Assembly: GCA_030141605.1 (NCBI GenBank)
Contig: JAQGDQ010000470.1
Span: 111,355 to 175,354, forward strand
Length of the DNA stretch: 64,000 bases
Direction of reading: 5' to 3'
Source: Tubiluchus corallicola
Lineage: Eukaryota > Animalia > Priapulida
Within the stretch, counting starts at the first letter, position 1. Each line of letters opens with the position of its first letter. Position numbers and translations under genes: made by a program. Positions 38,301 through 53,300 of the stretch are shown in pieces. Below the pieces are notes generated by a model that saw only the letters and a program-made list of their open reading frames with translations, ran no database searches and was not told where the DNA came from.

Positions 38301-41300
38301 ATTTGCCAATTTTACCCTATTCATCAGAGCATTGTTTGCTCTAGTAAGTGTTACACTGTTGTTACATGGGCTCTTGAGTAAGGGCTTTGCCTATTAGAAA
38401 TGCCCAGTTTGTTGACAGAATGATAATTTATGGACGAATTTGTTTATCCTGTGTTTAGATGAAAACGTGGCTGTATCAGACGCAGCAGAAGAAGCCATGG
38501 TTGGTGAGCAGGGTAAAGAAGGGGTACCAGCGAAGAAGCCACTTCAGAGGCGAGCGAAAGGTCGTCTTGCCGGTCAAAAGCTCTCCACAAAACCTCAAGA
38601 TTTTCAGGTGTTTGCATGAATTATTTTTCTTGTTTGTTTGTTTAAACATTCATTCATTCATTCGTTCACTCGTGTGCTTGTACGCTTATTTGTTCATGCA
38701 CTTTCTTTTTTTCTTTTCTCTCTTGAATTGTTCATTTATTTGAATGTTTTTTACTTCCTTTCTTACTTGTTTTCTTTTGTTTACTTATTATTTATTTATT
38801 CATTCATTCATTTGTTCTTTCATTTGTTGGTTGGTTGGTTGGTTCGTTCGTTCATTCGTACGTTCGTTCGTTCGTTCGCTTATTCACTCATTCATTTGTT
38901 CATTCGTTCGCTTATTCACTCATTCATTCATTGGTTTGTTCATTCATTCTATTCTGTGGGTCTAATTAACGGTTATTCATCATTTATGAAAAGTTCAATG
39001 CTAAATTAGACTAACGCACAAGGGCAACGTTCCCTTCAGATTACTCGGTCGCCAGTCCCCGGCTCACCGTTTGTCTAGACTTTCAATGACACTGCATGTA
39101 GTAGTTTGACTAGGTTATTATTATTGGTTATTTAATTCGTAATATAAATTTCTCTGTTTGTGTAAAATATCTCAGATCTGCTTGACGTTGATGGTAGTAA
39201 TAGGGAAACTGAAACCATGCATTGCTGAAAATAATTGTCCACAGGATTTTGATTAATTTGCTTCTGAGTTGTGATTCTTGTGTAATAATTGTTGCCAAAT
39301 TTGTTTGGCGTAATGTTGGTTGGCATCCTTCTGTCTCGGAAGACAGTGGAGTGTGCGCCAAGAGAGTCAGTTATTGATCACATTGATGGAGCACCAGCGT
39401 CGACTGTGGCTGAGCAGTAAGATCCTTGAACCACTGGAGTGGCTTCTCCAGAGCGCACGCCTGGGCAAGGTGTATGGAGATCCTGAATTGCCCAGACAAC
39501 AGGAAACCCTCTCTTCCTCCCTGGTGTAATCCAAAGGAAAGGGGAGCGATACGTTTGGCACCAGGTTGGCTGCAGGAGCTGCCGGAGTCAGTAAGCATGC
39601 TGCACTGATCCGCCTTCGGGGCTCCACTCCTGATTTCGAAGGTTTACTCCTCTACACATGGCCGTTGGGTCACTTGACCTCCTCCGCCTTCTAGCCGTTG
39701 GCTGCTTGTGTAGCTCCTCTGCCTAGTGTCGAGATACAGTGTGGGTATCCCGCAAGCCTACAGCAATTGGTATTCGTAGGCAGTCACCCATCCAAGTACT
39801 AACCAGGCTCTACGTTGTTTAACTGCGTAAGGCTAATACAATAATTAACTGCCGTAACTAAATGACAATTTAATAACTGACCTACGGTTTATCTAACTGC
39901 TTGTATTTTCTCAACAAGACATTAATAAACCTAGCAGCTTATGTGAGACAAACAAAGGGGCAATGAAAAATTCAAAATTAGGTCAAAACTTGACACGCAT
40001 GCGCACACGCACGCATATGCTCATGCTCCTGTTGCCTAATTTGCCAAACTAGTTAAGCCGCAAGGTAGTCAAATCTGCTCGGTCACGATGCGCCAGCATA
40101 TATATGCGTAAGCTAGCAAAGTCCCGCGTTCAAATCCTCACTTAGTTCACAATTTTTTCTTTAATTAACACAAATTATCTTTTAGGTTAATTAAAACAAT
40201 AATCTCACACACGTCATTGTGGGTGAGTTCATTTTTAGCTTGTGGTAAGTTTGACATGTGAACAACAATAATTAGCTTTAGGTAAAGTTTAAATACAACT
40301 TAACACGTATAGGGTCACGGGAGGCGGTAAAAATTACCCCCAGACTGGTTTTTTTGCATTTTACCCTTTTACAATACGCATCCCAGTAAACCTTTTCTAT
40401 GACTTTTTCTAAATATGTTTTGTGCACAAAATACTTTCAGTTATTTATTTTAGGCGCATTGTCTCACCACGAAATAAAAGTGAAAATGCAATATGTCTAT
40501 TTTTTAAAATTGTCGAAACTTTACTTGGCTTGTCTATACATTATACGGGCGATGTATCTGGTAAAACAAAATGTCAGTTACTCAAATTGCTCCACCTAAA
40601 AGAAGAAAGTAGTAGACAAAAAAATTCAAAATAACAACGATTTTTGCACACGCGCTGGCAAAGTCTGTTGTCTACAGATATTCCAGCATAGATAAGGGAA
40701 CGTAACTAAGTGAATTTAAATTTCGTATTACTAGTAAGTCACATGTCTTTAAGCAGAGGTATAATGTATCCTATGGTGGTCAGCATAACCACAAATTATG
40801 CTGTTGTTGTTTACTAATGAAACACGGCGGTTTATCAAAAGTAATTTACGAATTATGGTGGGGGTAATTTTTTATGCCCCGGTTACCAAAATCGGTTGTA
40901 AAAAATCGTGACCCTATAAGGGTTAAACTCTGTATACAACATATGAAGCAGTCGGTGGTTCACTGAAAATAAAACAGAAAGAAGCCAAACTTAACCGGCT
41001 AATGATGATTCAAGTAAATGGTATTAAATTAAAGGAAACTTTTACAAATTAAGTAGACATAAAATATATATCTGGTTTTTGAAGTTTAACTGCATTTCTA
41101 ACTTCAACATAAACAAGTCGCTTACGAATTTTCAAGGATTTCCGTAAATAATAGAGCGAATTTTATCCACAAAGTGTTTTTGTAGTTTTTATTATATAAA
41201 CCTTCTATAATAATTATATAAAAACCTTCTGAAACAGCCTTCTTGCTGCTTCAAAAGTACCAACCAAGTTCAGCCCCACCCAGTGATTTCGATGTTTTTG

Positions 41301-44300
41301 CGTGGTTGGTCAGGTTGGTGGGAAAAGGGAGTTTCCTGCTTTTGCCTCGTGGTTAGAGCAATTTCATAGTTTGCTGGGGGACCAATTTAAGCGTAAAACT
41401 TTACACCACTGCGCTCAGTATATGGTTTTACACGTCAAATGTAGACACAGGAAAGTTCAAATGTGACTTAGGTAAGTCAAATGTAGATATAATAATTTGA
41501 AATGTATTTTGGTAACTCAAATGTGACTTAGGTAAGTCAAATGTAGACATAGGAATTTCGAATGCGTTTTGGTAACTTAAATGTGACTTAGGTAAGTCAA
41601 ATGTAGATGCATTACTTCGAATAAATGGGTAATTAATTCATTTAAATGGAAATTACAAAAATATAAACCAAAGATGTCATCACCTCTTTCATAACTTTGA
41701 AAAATGCGTTGTTTATCCTCAAACTAGATTCTTTGATAAACCATAACGTCGGTAGAAAAGAATAAATTGGTTCCCACTTCCCAAAGAACAGTGAATCACT
41801 AATTAGTTTTTTTAAGTAATGCATTAGCACTGCAATAATGAATTAGTTTCTCTCAAGAAACATTGTTTATTTTAAGAATGTATTGTTTTCTCTAACAGTT
41901 CCAATGGTATGTAAAGTTTACAGAATATTAGTGAACTATTAGTAGACCTATAACGTTGTTATTTTAACTTAAGAACTACTGACTGAGTTACTGACTGAGC
42001 AATGATTAAATTGAAATTAAAGAAGATTAAATTTAACATCCTTAAACTTTATCACCTATCCGCATTTGACTTGACAAGTGTCTACATTTGACTTACCAAA
42101 AACGCTTAAGATTTCTTGAACACCATTGTTAGCACATTTGAACTATCAAAGTCTACATTTGAGTTACCAAGACACATTTGAACTATCTAAATCTACACTA
42201 AACGCAGGTCTATATTTGACATGTAAAACCTGTATAAGCACTACCCTTACCTATTTTGCATGCTATAAATGCAACCAAACGCTTCGCTGTGTTGAACAGG
42301 AAACAATAATAACTGTAATTATGGTGCTAATCAACATGATATGAAAATAGCGTGAAAAATTGTCACAAAACTCACAACACCAAGCTGGATGCCACTAAAT
42401 TTCGTTATGATAAACACGACGTGGGTAAGTGAAAACAAAAAATGCTCTCCTGTAATCCTACTTTTCGAATTCGCTGTCCTATATTGTATTATTAGTCGGT
42501 TAATATTTATTGGCGAAGAGTTATACAGTTGCAGTCTTTGACTTTGAAGCTTTGTTACTAAAATACATCTGTAAACGCTTATTGTTTTTCAACAAACTGT
42601 AATGCAAAATTCATAATCTTTTATTATTATTATTAATTCTTTATTTCTCATTAAAATGGCTCACTCATTATAATAAAATTGAGTAAGCCTCAGCGTAATG
42701 TTAAAATAACAACACCGTTCAAGACAAATCCAGTGCAGACTAAAAAAAACTAAAGTGCAAAACTAAGGTCTAATTATATACAATAAATGAAAATATTTAC
42801 AAACACCATATTAAAATATTTTTACAAAATAATATTACAATAGTACATTAAATTTTACATGACATATCTTACACTATTCATATATTTGACATGACACAAT
42901 TAACAGAAACATGCTTTACATTACATAAATTTCACTCATTACATTCACACTATTTATACATTTGACATTACAAAACTAACATAACACGTATTACGTTGCA
43001 TAATTTTTTAGAAATTTTACATTCTTAATCGTTTTATGGAGTCAAGGGCGGGGGTAGATGAAAGTTGAGTCTGTGTAATTAGTAACAGATAGCTAAATTA
43101 AAGCAAAGCACATTATCGACAAGGTATATTATGTTAACTGATTACGATTTTGATTCCACCCTTTTATTAGAGAGTTTGCATTACTTTGCTCTTACATTTA
43201 CAAAAAGCTTCTAACGAATTTGGACAGTCGCTCAATTTTTTTGCATAATTCCGTTTGTATTACAAAAAGTTATAAAAAAAGTAAGTGAACGAGCCCTGAT
43301 CTTATAATATTTTTGCAGATTCGTGTCAAAGTCGTCGAAGCCAGGCAACTGTCCGGCACAAGCTTGGCACCTGTGTGTCGAATTTCGATCATGAAGCACT
43401 ACAGACAGACGAAAGTTTGCCGCTCTACGAATCGGCCATATTGGAACGACATTTTCTTTTTTAACATGCATTGTTCTCCGGCAGAGTTACTGACTGAGTT
43501 TGTAAACTTCAAGGTAAAGCAGCTGAGATTTTAAAAAGAAAGATCCTTAGAGGGCGCCACCAGAAGATTCACAAAATGCTCTTAATGCTAAGCTTCAGAT
43601 ACTTCGGTTCTTCTTGCATAATTTATTAGACTGCTGGCATGTTATCGACTTTTGTTGTTTAAAAAATCATAATTGACACATCCATCAACCAACGTAAAAC
43701 GTGTGCCCATTACTTCCAACTATTGCCGACCGATTTCGGGATTTGTTATAAATTAATTAGCTAATGAATTGAAAATGTAGACACAACGGCCCCACAATTC
43801 CGGTTTTAAAATACGGCGTCTCAACGCCATCAAAAGTTACACCTGAATGAAAGCATCAAGACGCAGGTGTAGGTGGTTCTGGTATCTCAATGTTTATTAA
43901 CATTTCTTCTAAAATAAAAAATCTTTATTGTGGAATTTTTATTTGTGAAAATTGTCGTCGCTAAAAATTGTCTCTGTTTTTTTTAAAAAATGGGTTTAGC
44001 ATGACTAACATACAGACTCACAACACACACTCAAAACAACAATAAGCGCAAGATTCAGAAAGCACTAAACAAATAGTTTGCCGATAAAAGTCGAAAATGT
44101 GTCAACGGCTCAGCGCCTGTTAAAAAGCCAGCAATTCTGTTGACCATAACATCTTATTGTAACACGGAATGATGCAGTTATGTACATAAGTATGTAAAAA
44201 CCATACAAGACAATCTGGGCTAATGTGGACTTGATTTTACGGCTAATTTTCGGCAAATTAATGACATGTTTAATAATGACATTAACTTTACAGGTTTTCA

Positions 44301-47300
44301 ACTCAAAGAAACTGAGATCTGATAGTTTGATCGGCTCGTTTGAGGTAACTAAAGATTATCTTTGCACTTCTTGGTGATAATGTATAATCGTTAGCCTTTG
44401 TTTGACTTTGTTTAGGAAAATCTACCGTTTCCGTTTTTAAACCCATTCTAGCGCTGAATTTGCCTCTTCAGTTTCCAAAAAGTTGAGTTATAATAATAAA
44501 ATTATTAACACGATAGAAAAAGTGACAAGATTTACGTATATAAAATATTGATACATGTCTTCTTTTCTTATCCGTAAGCCAGCTGTTTCACATTTAAGGC
44601 TGCACATGGAACTGTCATACTCTAATTTACAACCACAGGCGATATTTTTTCCACTAACTAACCATTTTCTCTATCCTTTCAACCCTCTCTTTCTTGTCTC
44701 TACCTACAGATAACTTAACAATGCTGGCAAGTACATTCAAAACGTCTACGTCATGTACACACAAGCTGTAATTTCACTTCTTTATTCTTTTTAACAGTTA
44801 TCCAGTTTGTTCTGCACAGAGTATTAATATGACACATTTTCTCTATTATCATATTACAGTGTGATATGGGAGCGATATACACTGAGCCACAGCACACTTT
44901 ACTCAACAAGTGGCTTCTGTTAATTGATCCTGAAGATTTAGCATCAGGTGCAAGGGGCTACCTGAAAGTTAGCATGTCCATTCTTGGACCAGGTGACGAA
45001 GCACCAGTAAGTTACAGTTTGTTTATCCTAGCAGAGTTTTTCCAATGAGTAATTTAAAAGTAAAAAGTTGCAGTAATGGAAAAATAACACCACTGGTTTT
45101 GAACTTGAGTCCTTGTTAAAGGACAAGAAAGGGCCTAGTTAAAGTAAGTCTCGGAAAATTTTCGCTAAAGAATTGTAACAGTTAGAGGCGAACTTAAGCG
45201 TTTATCATACTCACGTTAAAAGAATTTCCTGTTTGTTTTCATTTTAAATACTCCCGCGAGACTGTCACGGCGGCGCCATATTAGATGACGTCACAGAACC
45301 ACAACACAAATCTTTATAGTACACGTGCTCAGAACTCACTGCGACTGTCTTCGAGTGATGTCATGCCACGTGATCAGTTACATGGTGGCTTTTCAATTGG
45401 CGGACTAAATGAAACATGTCTGCGCCAACATTTACTGCAGCCGTTGAAATATTTTACCAAAATTGGAGTAAATGCGAAAACGTGAGTAACTTATTCGCTT
45501 AAGATTATATTTAGGTGATATAATTTTTTATTGTGAATTTTCTGAAGCTTATTTTGGTTGGCCATTTTCTTGTCCTGTAAACAGTGCATTCTGAACACCA
45601 AGGACGCCTGGAGGCTGTTTTGTGTTTCCAATTTCTTGTCCGTGTAGGCCTATGTTAAAATTTTCAACTCTCCGTAGCGCACTTGTTAAATCTATCAAAT
45701 TATATAACTAACATGTCACGTCAGTACGCTACATGTTGTTTTACATCTTTTAATATCAATCAACATAATGGTTATTAATACGCAATGACCGTTTATTTTA
45801 CTCATTTAGCATTGCCTTGTGGTTTATACGTATTGATTAGAGTTTTTATTGGCGCATAAAATGTTAACTTAATTCATAAGGGAAAATTCATAATAGTTCA
45901 ATAATTCATGAGTGGCTGTGATTACGGTTATGTCGGTAATTCCATCTGTTTATGAAATAATATAGGTTCCAATTATAATTTGTCATTTTCTAATGCACAC
46001 GTTGCTTTGTTGGAGAACGCGTCTTCATTTTGTACTAAGGATATTCTTTCCAGATAGTTTCAGGAGTTTAATGTTCATGATAGCTGGTTGGTCAAACCAC
46101 CAATAACGTGAAGAAGAAAAGTCAAGAAGCGGATTATCAGTTATAACTGCACAGATGTATTTTTCCATTGTTTTTAATAGCATAAGAACATTCCTGAAAT
46201 TAGTACTGATAACAGACCCCTTAAAAATTTCGACCTACTACTAAGGAAAACCGGACGATTGTGTAAACATTAGTTCAGAATAAAGAATGCTCTAAAATAA
46301 TGAAAACTACAATAGTTTTCTTTAAATCAAAGCTTAGATTAAATAATAATTACCTCGGATACTCAAATTACGTTGAACTGTCAAAGCTACCCGCGGCTCA
46401 GTGAATCCACTAAGATTAGCAGTGGCGCCTTTTTGTCATATTCGCGTGACCGACAAATAGAAGGCGGTACCGTGATAAGCATGATCATGAACTGCTGTGT
46501 TAGTTTCTGACGTCATATGATGTAAAGCCCATTTTTCGTGACTTCGCGCATTTAAGCAGTACTGTAACACTTATGCAAATGTTCTTGATGCGCAAGGGAA
46601 GACGCCTGCCATTGGACAATCTGTGGTTAGTTTCTGACGTAAGCAATAACTGTGTTCCGTTGCCGTCAAATAACTTTCTAAGCTAATTATTCTTATATAA
46701 GGAACAATTGTTAACTTTTATCAGCAAGAAAATGTATTTTTTGGACAGTAAATTAAAATGAGATTGAGTCTAAACAATCGTCCAGTCTTCCTTTAACAAA
46801 AATAAATTAACCAGTATTGTTTTGCGAGTCGGATGTATGCATCTCCATATAAATACGTTTTCAGCCATTGCTCTGCCATCTCATTACGAGTGTACCTCAT
46901 TTGAGTAACTTCGCTTCAAAATTACATTTAAACTACAATCGCCATTTTTATATAAAATCATATATTTTATATAAAATAAAATATGATAATACTTATATGC
47001 TTAATTATTAATTACATTATTAATTAATCAATAATAGTAATAATTGACATTAAATGCATATTTAAATACGTTTCAGAACATGAAATCTGATTCAAGAGAG
47101 GATTTGGACGACATCGAAGCGTAAGTTGTCAAAAGATTGCAATTCTCTTATGCGATTGTGCGGTGGGAGCTATGCATTCCTAATATATTACCACGTAGTT
47201 TAACGATATACTCGCAAAATACATGCGATTAAACCAGTTTACCACGTTACTAAATCTCTTTGATTGCAAGTTATATTCTACGTGTTAGGTGTAGAACACT

Positions 47301-50300
47301 GGTGTGCAAATTATCTGACTAGCCGGGCCACATTAAACATTCCCGCAATTTCTGTGGGCCACATGCAGTTTGGTCAAAGAGCCAAGTACAGTAGGACGTA
47401 ATAACGTTTTTTTTGCATCCCATTTGCGCACATCGTCACTACTGCACTACTACACTCAAGAAACTATTTTAGAAGTTATTAAAATTTATATTAAAAACCA
47501 CATATTTCGTCATGTCTGACAGTGACATTAAGTGACAACGGTCTTGGAATGGTTAATGCCATCCGATCTAGAAGAAAAAACTACCCGCACTATCTTTGTG
47601 ATATTGGCGCAGACTTCAGCTGGATCGCGTGGGCCGCACTTTCATTACGTTGACAAACCTCTTCGCGGGCCCCACAAGATCTCTCGGCGGGCCGCAGTTT
47701 GCACACCCCTGGACTGTAGAATATCAATATTCAATCTAAGCTACCATCTAAATGAATAATGAAAAGCTTCGTTACTACAATGAAGCCAATTTGTTTTTCT
47801 CTTTCAGGAACCTTTTGCGGCCAGCAGGCATCCAGTTACGTCAAGCCACGCTTTCTGTTCGCTTATTTAGAGCTGAAGATATACCAAGAAGTAAATAATC
47901 ATTATTTAAAATAATTTAATTATTTTACTGTATTAAACCAACCACAGTTCAGTAATACCAACTGATGTCTGTGTAGAAATGACTGCATTAAACCAACCAC
48001 AGTTCAGTCATATCAACTGATGTCTGTGTGGAAGTGTTTGAACCATATGTCTCTTTTTCTTTCATTTCTGTCGACATTTCGTTTCATGTGGTCGTTTCTT
48101 CTCCTCTTTTCCTTCTTCCTATCCCTAATCTTACTATTTTTTTCCAATCCATCATGTCTACTAACCCTAACCATGCTTTCATTCATTTGTGCCACCTTAA
48201 CAAGCCAAGCTTTCAAGGTGTCATACAGCAACTCTTTTATTTGGTTAACTTGACTTCATCAACGTTTTTTTACCTATACCGTTTCTTTTTGTTTCAATAA
48301 TATTGTATGTTGATGTATTGTACACATATTGGTGGAGTGAAATAAATTGATTGATTGATCCATTTACAGACTCTTTGATCATTTTGCAGTGGACACTAAT
48401 GTCTTGGAGGGCGTGAAACAAATTCTTGGCGTCGGGGAAGTACAAAAAGAACTCGTAGATCCCTACGTCTCTTTTCAGTTTGCTGGAAAAAAGGCAAACT
48501 CGACCATAAAGTACAACAGCGATCATCCCGAGTGGAATGAGGACTTACAACTTGGGATAAAGGTAGGATAATCTTCCAGGCTTTCAAGTATCAGCGAAAT
48601 ATAATAGCTGACCACGGTCAGTAGATGTAATAATGACTATATGTGACGTCATAGCTGACCACGGTCAGTAGAAGTAATAGTGACCATATGCGACGTCAAA
48701 TTTTGTAGTTTGGCAGTTTGACAATCATTTGGCAGAAGAACTTGATTTTGTTGGATACAATATTTGCACAGTAAAACATGTTACCAATCCACACTTACTG
48801 CTAGTTCATTAGTTTGCAGCGCATTAGTTCATAATTTTTTTTAAAGGAAGACCAGACGATTGTTTAGACTGAATCTCATTTTTATTTACTGTGCAATATA
48901 TACATTTTCTTGCCTATTAAAGTTAACAATTGTTCCTTATATTTGAATAACTAGCTTAGAGAGTTAATTAACGGCAACCGAACACAGCCATTGCTTACGT
49001 CAGAAACTAACCACAGTTTGCGCAATAACAGGCATCTTCCTTGCGTGTCAAGCACATTTGCATAAACTGCTTAAACGTGCGATGTCACGAAAATGGGCTC
49101 TACGTCATATGATGTCAGAAACTAACACTGCAGTTCATGATCACGTTTACATTAACATGTCCCCCAAAACACAATCAACTGCCATTCAGGTTAAGGAACT
49201 AAGATAAAAAAGTACGAATACTTTCTCAGAAAATAGAATTTATATTTTACTAATTTCCTACTGACAGTGTTATAGTAAAACAGCAATGTTTAATAAAAAA
49301 AACAATATTTTTTTAGTTTCCATCAATGTGCGACACAATACGGCTGGTTGTATATGACTGGTAAGTATCCATATGACACAATGGTATTATTTTATTAATT
49401 AAGAATCAGATGCTTCTTATAAAGATTTTATTATCAGTTAAGTATAATATCCAACGATTATACGTAAGATCGTCTTATAAAAGCAGTGAAGTAATATGGT
49501 AATTATAAGAAACAGAGGTACCAAGAGCAACATCAAGATCCTTTACATGTCAACTGCAACAGTCAAAAGTAATACTAGTAGCATGATCTTTAGGTAGAAA
49601 AATGTCGTTTTCTATTAGAAAATATTGTAATTTAATTTTCCATTTGAATGTTCGACAGTTTTTATTACTGCAATAATTCGAATATTGTTAAGATAAACTT
49701 GAGAATTTACCACACATTGTCACACATTTACCACACAGCTGTGCTTGATTACGTACTCGTCAAAAACTGCGCTTTTATCTCTATTAGGGACAATTTAAGC
49801 AAACGATTGCTATTTAAGAAGAAGCAAAAATTCGTTGCTCCTCAGACTTGAACCACGGCAACTAAGAAATCTGTCTAGCTCATGACCTACCATCTATGTT
49901 ATGTAATTACCAGCCAAGGGGAGAATATATATATATATATATATATATGTGACAGAATTGTTTAAAGAAGCAACTGAAGCCAAACTGGACAGTGTTTGAA
50001 TGATGATTTTTAAGTTGATGTTGAACTAAATCTATAGGGATAGAGTGACTGACGCAGACCCGATTGCTACTAGCAAGATGGATATAGATTACCTTTCTAG
50101 ACCGGGCGAAGAATTTGGTACGGTGTTTCTAACATTGCATGATTACCGCACCCAGTAAAACATAAGTGGCACTAACAAATAAACAGACCCGTTAAGCGCT
50201 GGTAGCACTAAAACAGCATGTATGTTTTTTCTCTCACTGAACGTGTGTGCGACATGCACTAAATACAGGTAGTCCAACAGTCTTTTAGATGTAATTTATG

Positions 50301-53300
50301 ATTTTTTATTGTCCAAAATGGGCAATCATCGTCTCATCCCAAAATCACTATCACATCATGACATATTTGACTGACTGACATATTATGAGCGACTTGACTT
50401 CGTTTTATCTGAAGCAAATAAAAACATTTTCTGCTAATCCAATGTCAAAAAGATAATTAACTGCTATAATGAAAATGTGTAATAATACTATGAAATATGA
50501 AGAAATCAAACTTACATCTTTGCCGCATCTTACTAACTTGCTAAAGAGAACTCGGCTGACAAAATTTTGTGATAAAACGACTGTGACGACCACTGGCACC
50601 ATTTTTGACGCTCTATGGTGTATTACATAAAAGAATAAATAGTTTTGTCAGGAATGCAAAATAGGGGTTGTCTTTTACTTTATTCGAGCACGCCAGAGTT
50701 CATCACATGTGGATAAAAACAATTTTTAATAATAATTTTTTAAGGCAAGGGGTTTTTATCCAGACTTTTTTTAACGAAGGTCCTAGCAGTTTGATTAAAC
50801 TGATGCTATTTTAGGCCATTATCATTTGTACTTAGAAATGACGAGGACGAACAGAAGGACAAACAAACGTTATTGCTTTTTTATAAAAAAACGTGCAAAA
50901 ATTATTTAACGGTAATTTCAAAAGTATTATTTTCTGTAAATTATTTACATACATACATATAATGAAAGAATTCAGTGTGAATCCAGGTATAATAGGAAGA
51001 GAGGAGAGGATAATTACCAAAGAGTTCCATTGTCGCTGCAGCTGTACCAATGGGCTAGCCTCAGGTCGTGATACCGTGGGTCCAGTTAACCAGGATCACA
51101 TCTCAAGAAATCAAGAAACTACACCGGAACAGATTGCTGGGGCTCTCGCATTGCAGACTCCACCACCAGAGTGTTAGAAACAATGATCCAGGGTCTCGAA
51201 ACGTCTCCGTTTACTCCTATACTGTAGGAGTCAACAAATGACGGAGGAAAGGAGAAAAGTTCCTCGTTCTCAGTCTTCAGCTAGGCAACCTCCTTAGGCA
51301 GTTCCAAACTCCACCCAACAACCGTCATGATCTACGTGGCCAGCTTACGAACACGACGAAGTTTCCTGGATACTAGTAACACTGCCAAGGAACCGTCTGG
51401 TTTCCTCTCAGAGAAATTTGATTACACTGAGAACACCAAAACTAACGAACTCATTATGAGATCTCAAAAGTTATGAGATCTCAAACTTGCTGCCACAAGA
51501 CGTGTGCTTCCAACGCAGCTCAAACCCGTAATGGCGGCAATAAGGAAAAATCACGGTTCAATGCTTTTCCAGGAGCGCGAAAATTATCCTGTAACCATTC
51601 AAGACATGTGACAGGAAGATCGCCATCGAACAGGGAAAAGGGGAGAGGTATTAAAGGATGGGCAGAAAACCAACCCAAACATAAAACAGAAGTGAATATT
51701 TTATTAGGAGTACAAAATGAACTTTAGCATAATTTTAATACGGACGAGGACGTCTGTGACGTCACAACGACACGACGTACTGAACAAGAATGACTTCTTT
51801 CCTATCATGTCTGCAAAATGAAGCCAATGGCCTATTTCCTCTCCTAGCTCACCTGTCTATCAACAGCCTAAATTTGCAAAAAACAAACACAAGGAGGCGC
51901 CACGTGCTTATATCCAAAACAGAACGCTTTTATAACTTATTATGTAATTCACCGCATCTGTATACAATGGCAAGCGTGGAGGTAATGAAAGTTTAAGAAA
52001 GATACACACGATCGTAATCTTCATGTATAGTTTGTTGCCTATTTGTGCATCGTGTACCTCAACTTCCAGATTGCTATTAATGCGAATTCATTAATGTTAA
52101 TCATCTGAGTCTGCAGTTTAGGTTCATTCGACAACTGTAAGAACATCAGCTGTAGCTGTCGCCAACGATACCACTGATTATAGCTCTAACTATGCAGAAT
52201 TTTAGGCTAGTTTTCAAATGCTTGGTTACAACCAAGAATGAAGACAACGTCACATAGCAGTATCGTCAGTACAAGCATCACTGTTACCCCTCCAAACCTA
52301 CCAAACTCTACCAAACCTGCCTCCGCCAAAGCCATTCATGCCTTATTTTGTCCGAAAGGAAGGTGTTAATGACCCACAAACTGCACCTGGAATGATGATA
52401 ACAATCATATTATCTATCCGCTGGTTTACCGTGCGAATCTGTTTGCACACTTAGAAGTCATTACGCTCGACCCAGTTTCTTTGCTTGAGTTTGTACGAAA
52501 ATTGTATTGATTTTCTACGCATGGCTTCATGTGTTTGTAATTGCATCATTTTTGCATGCTTGTAGGGACAAACTAACAAAAGATGATTGCATAGCATGTG
52601 GAAAGATAGATACGTATGAGATTTCGTCTTCAGCAGAAGTTGATGGTGAATGTTTACTTACTTATTCATTTATTTATTTGTTTGTTTGTTTGCTTGCTTG
52701 CTTTCAAAAAATGCACGTACAGCGCCTGACAAAAAATAAAGCTAAACTTGAAAACGCACATTTGCATCTCTATTCAAATGCTTTTACGCTAAATAAATAA
52801 GTAATTAGAGAAATTACTTTAAGAGCTACAAAGTTATTTTTACAAGTATAGTACATATCAACATTGAAAAATCGAGTTTACGTTTTCTCAATAATAGTTC
52901 TTACTGCTAACATAACAATGGATACTTGCGAAGTCAACTTTACGAAGGATGCATCTCATCGGTTTGCGATGATACTGCACGCAAACCGAAGAATGTGGAA
53001 TAACTTGACAAAAAAGACTACGTTAATCGAAGAGAGCAAAGGATACCAGTCGTTTACGTGATTTTATTATTGCATAATCGGAAGATCTACTCGAGAAAAA
53101 TACGTGGCAGTAATTAAAAAAACATTTAATGAAACGTTTTGAATATCCGACATACGAACACGATGACACCTACTCAAATCATAATTTCATTTTTCCTAGA
53201 CCGTACTAAACTAGTTTATATTTTATTTTTTGAAATTCTAGTTGCACTTATAGTTTAGCTTGCACCAGACGCATTTGCCCAGAACAGTGTATGTTTTTTT

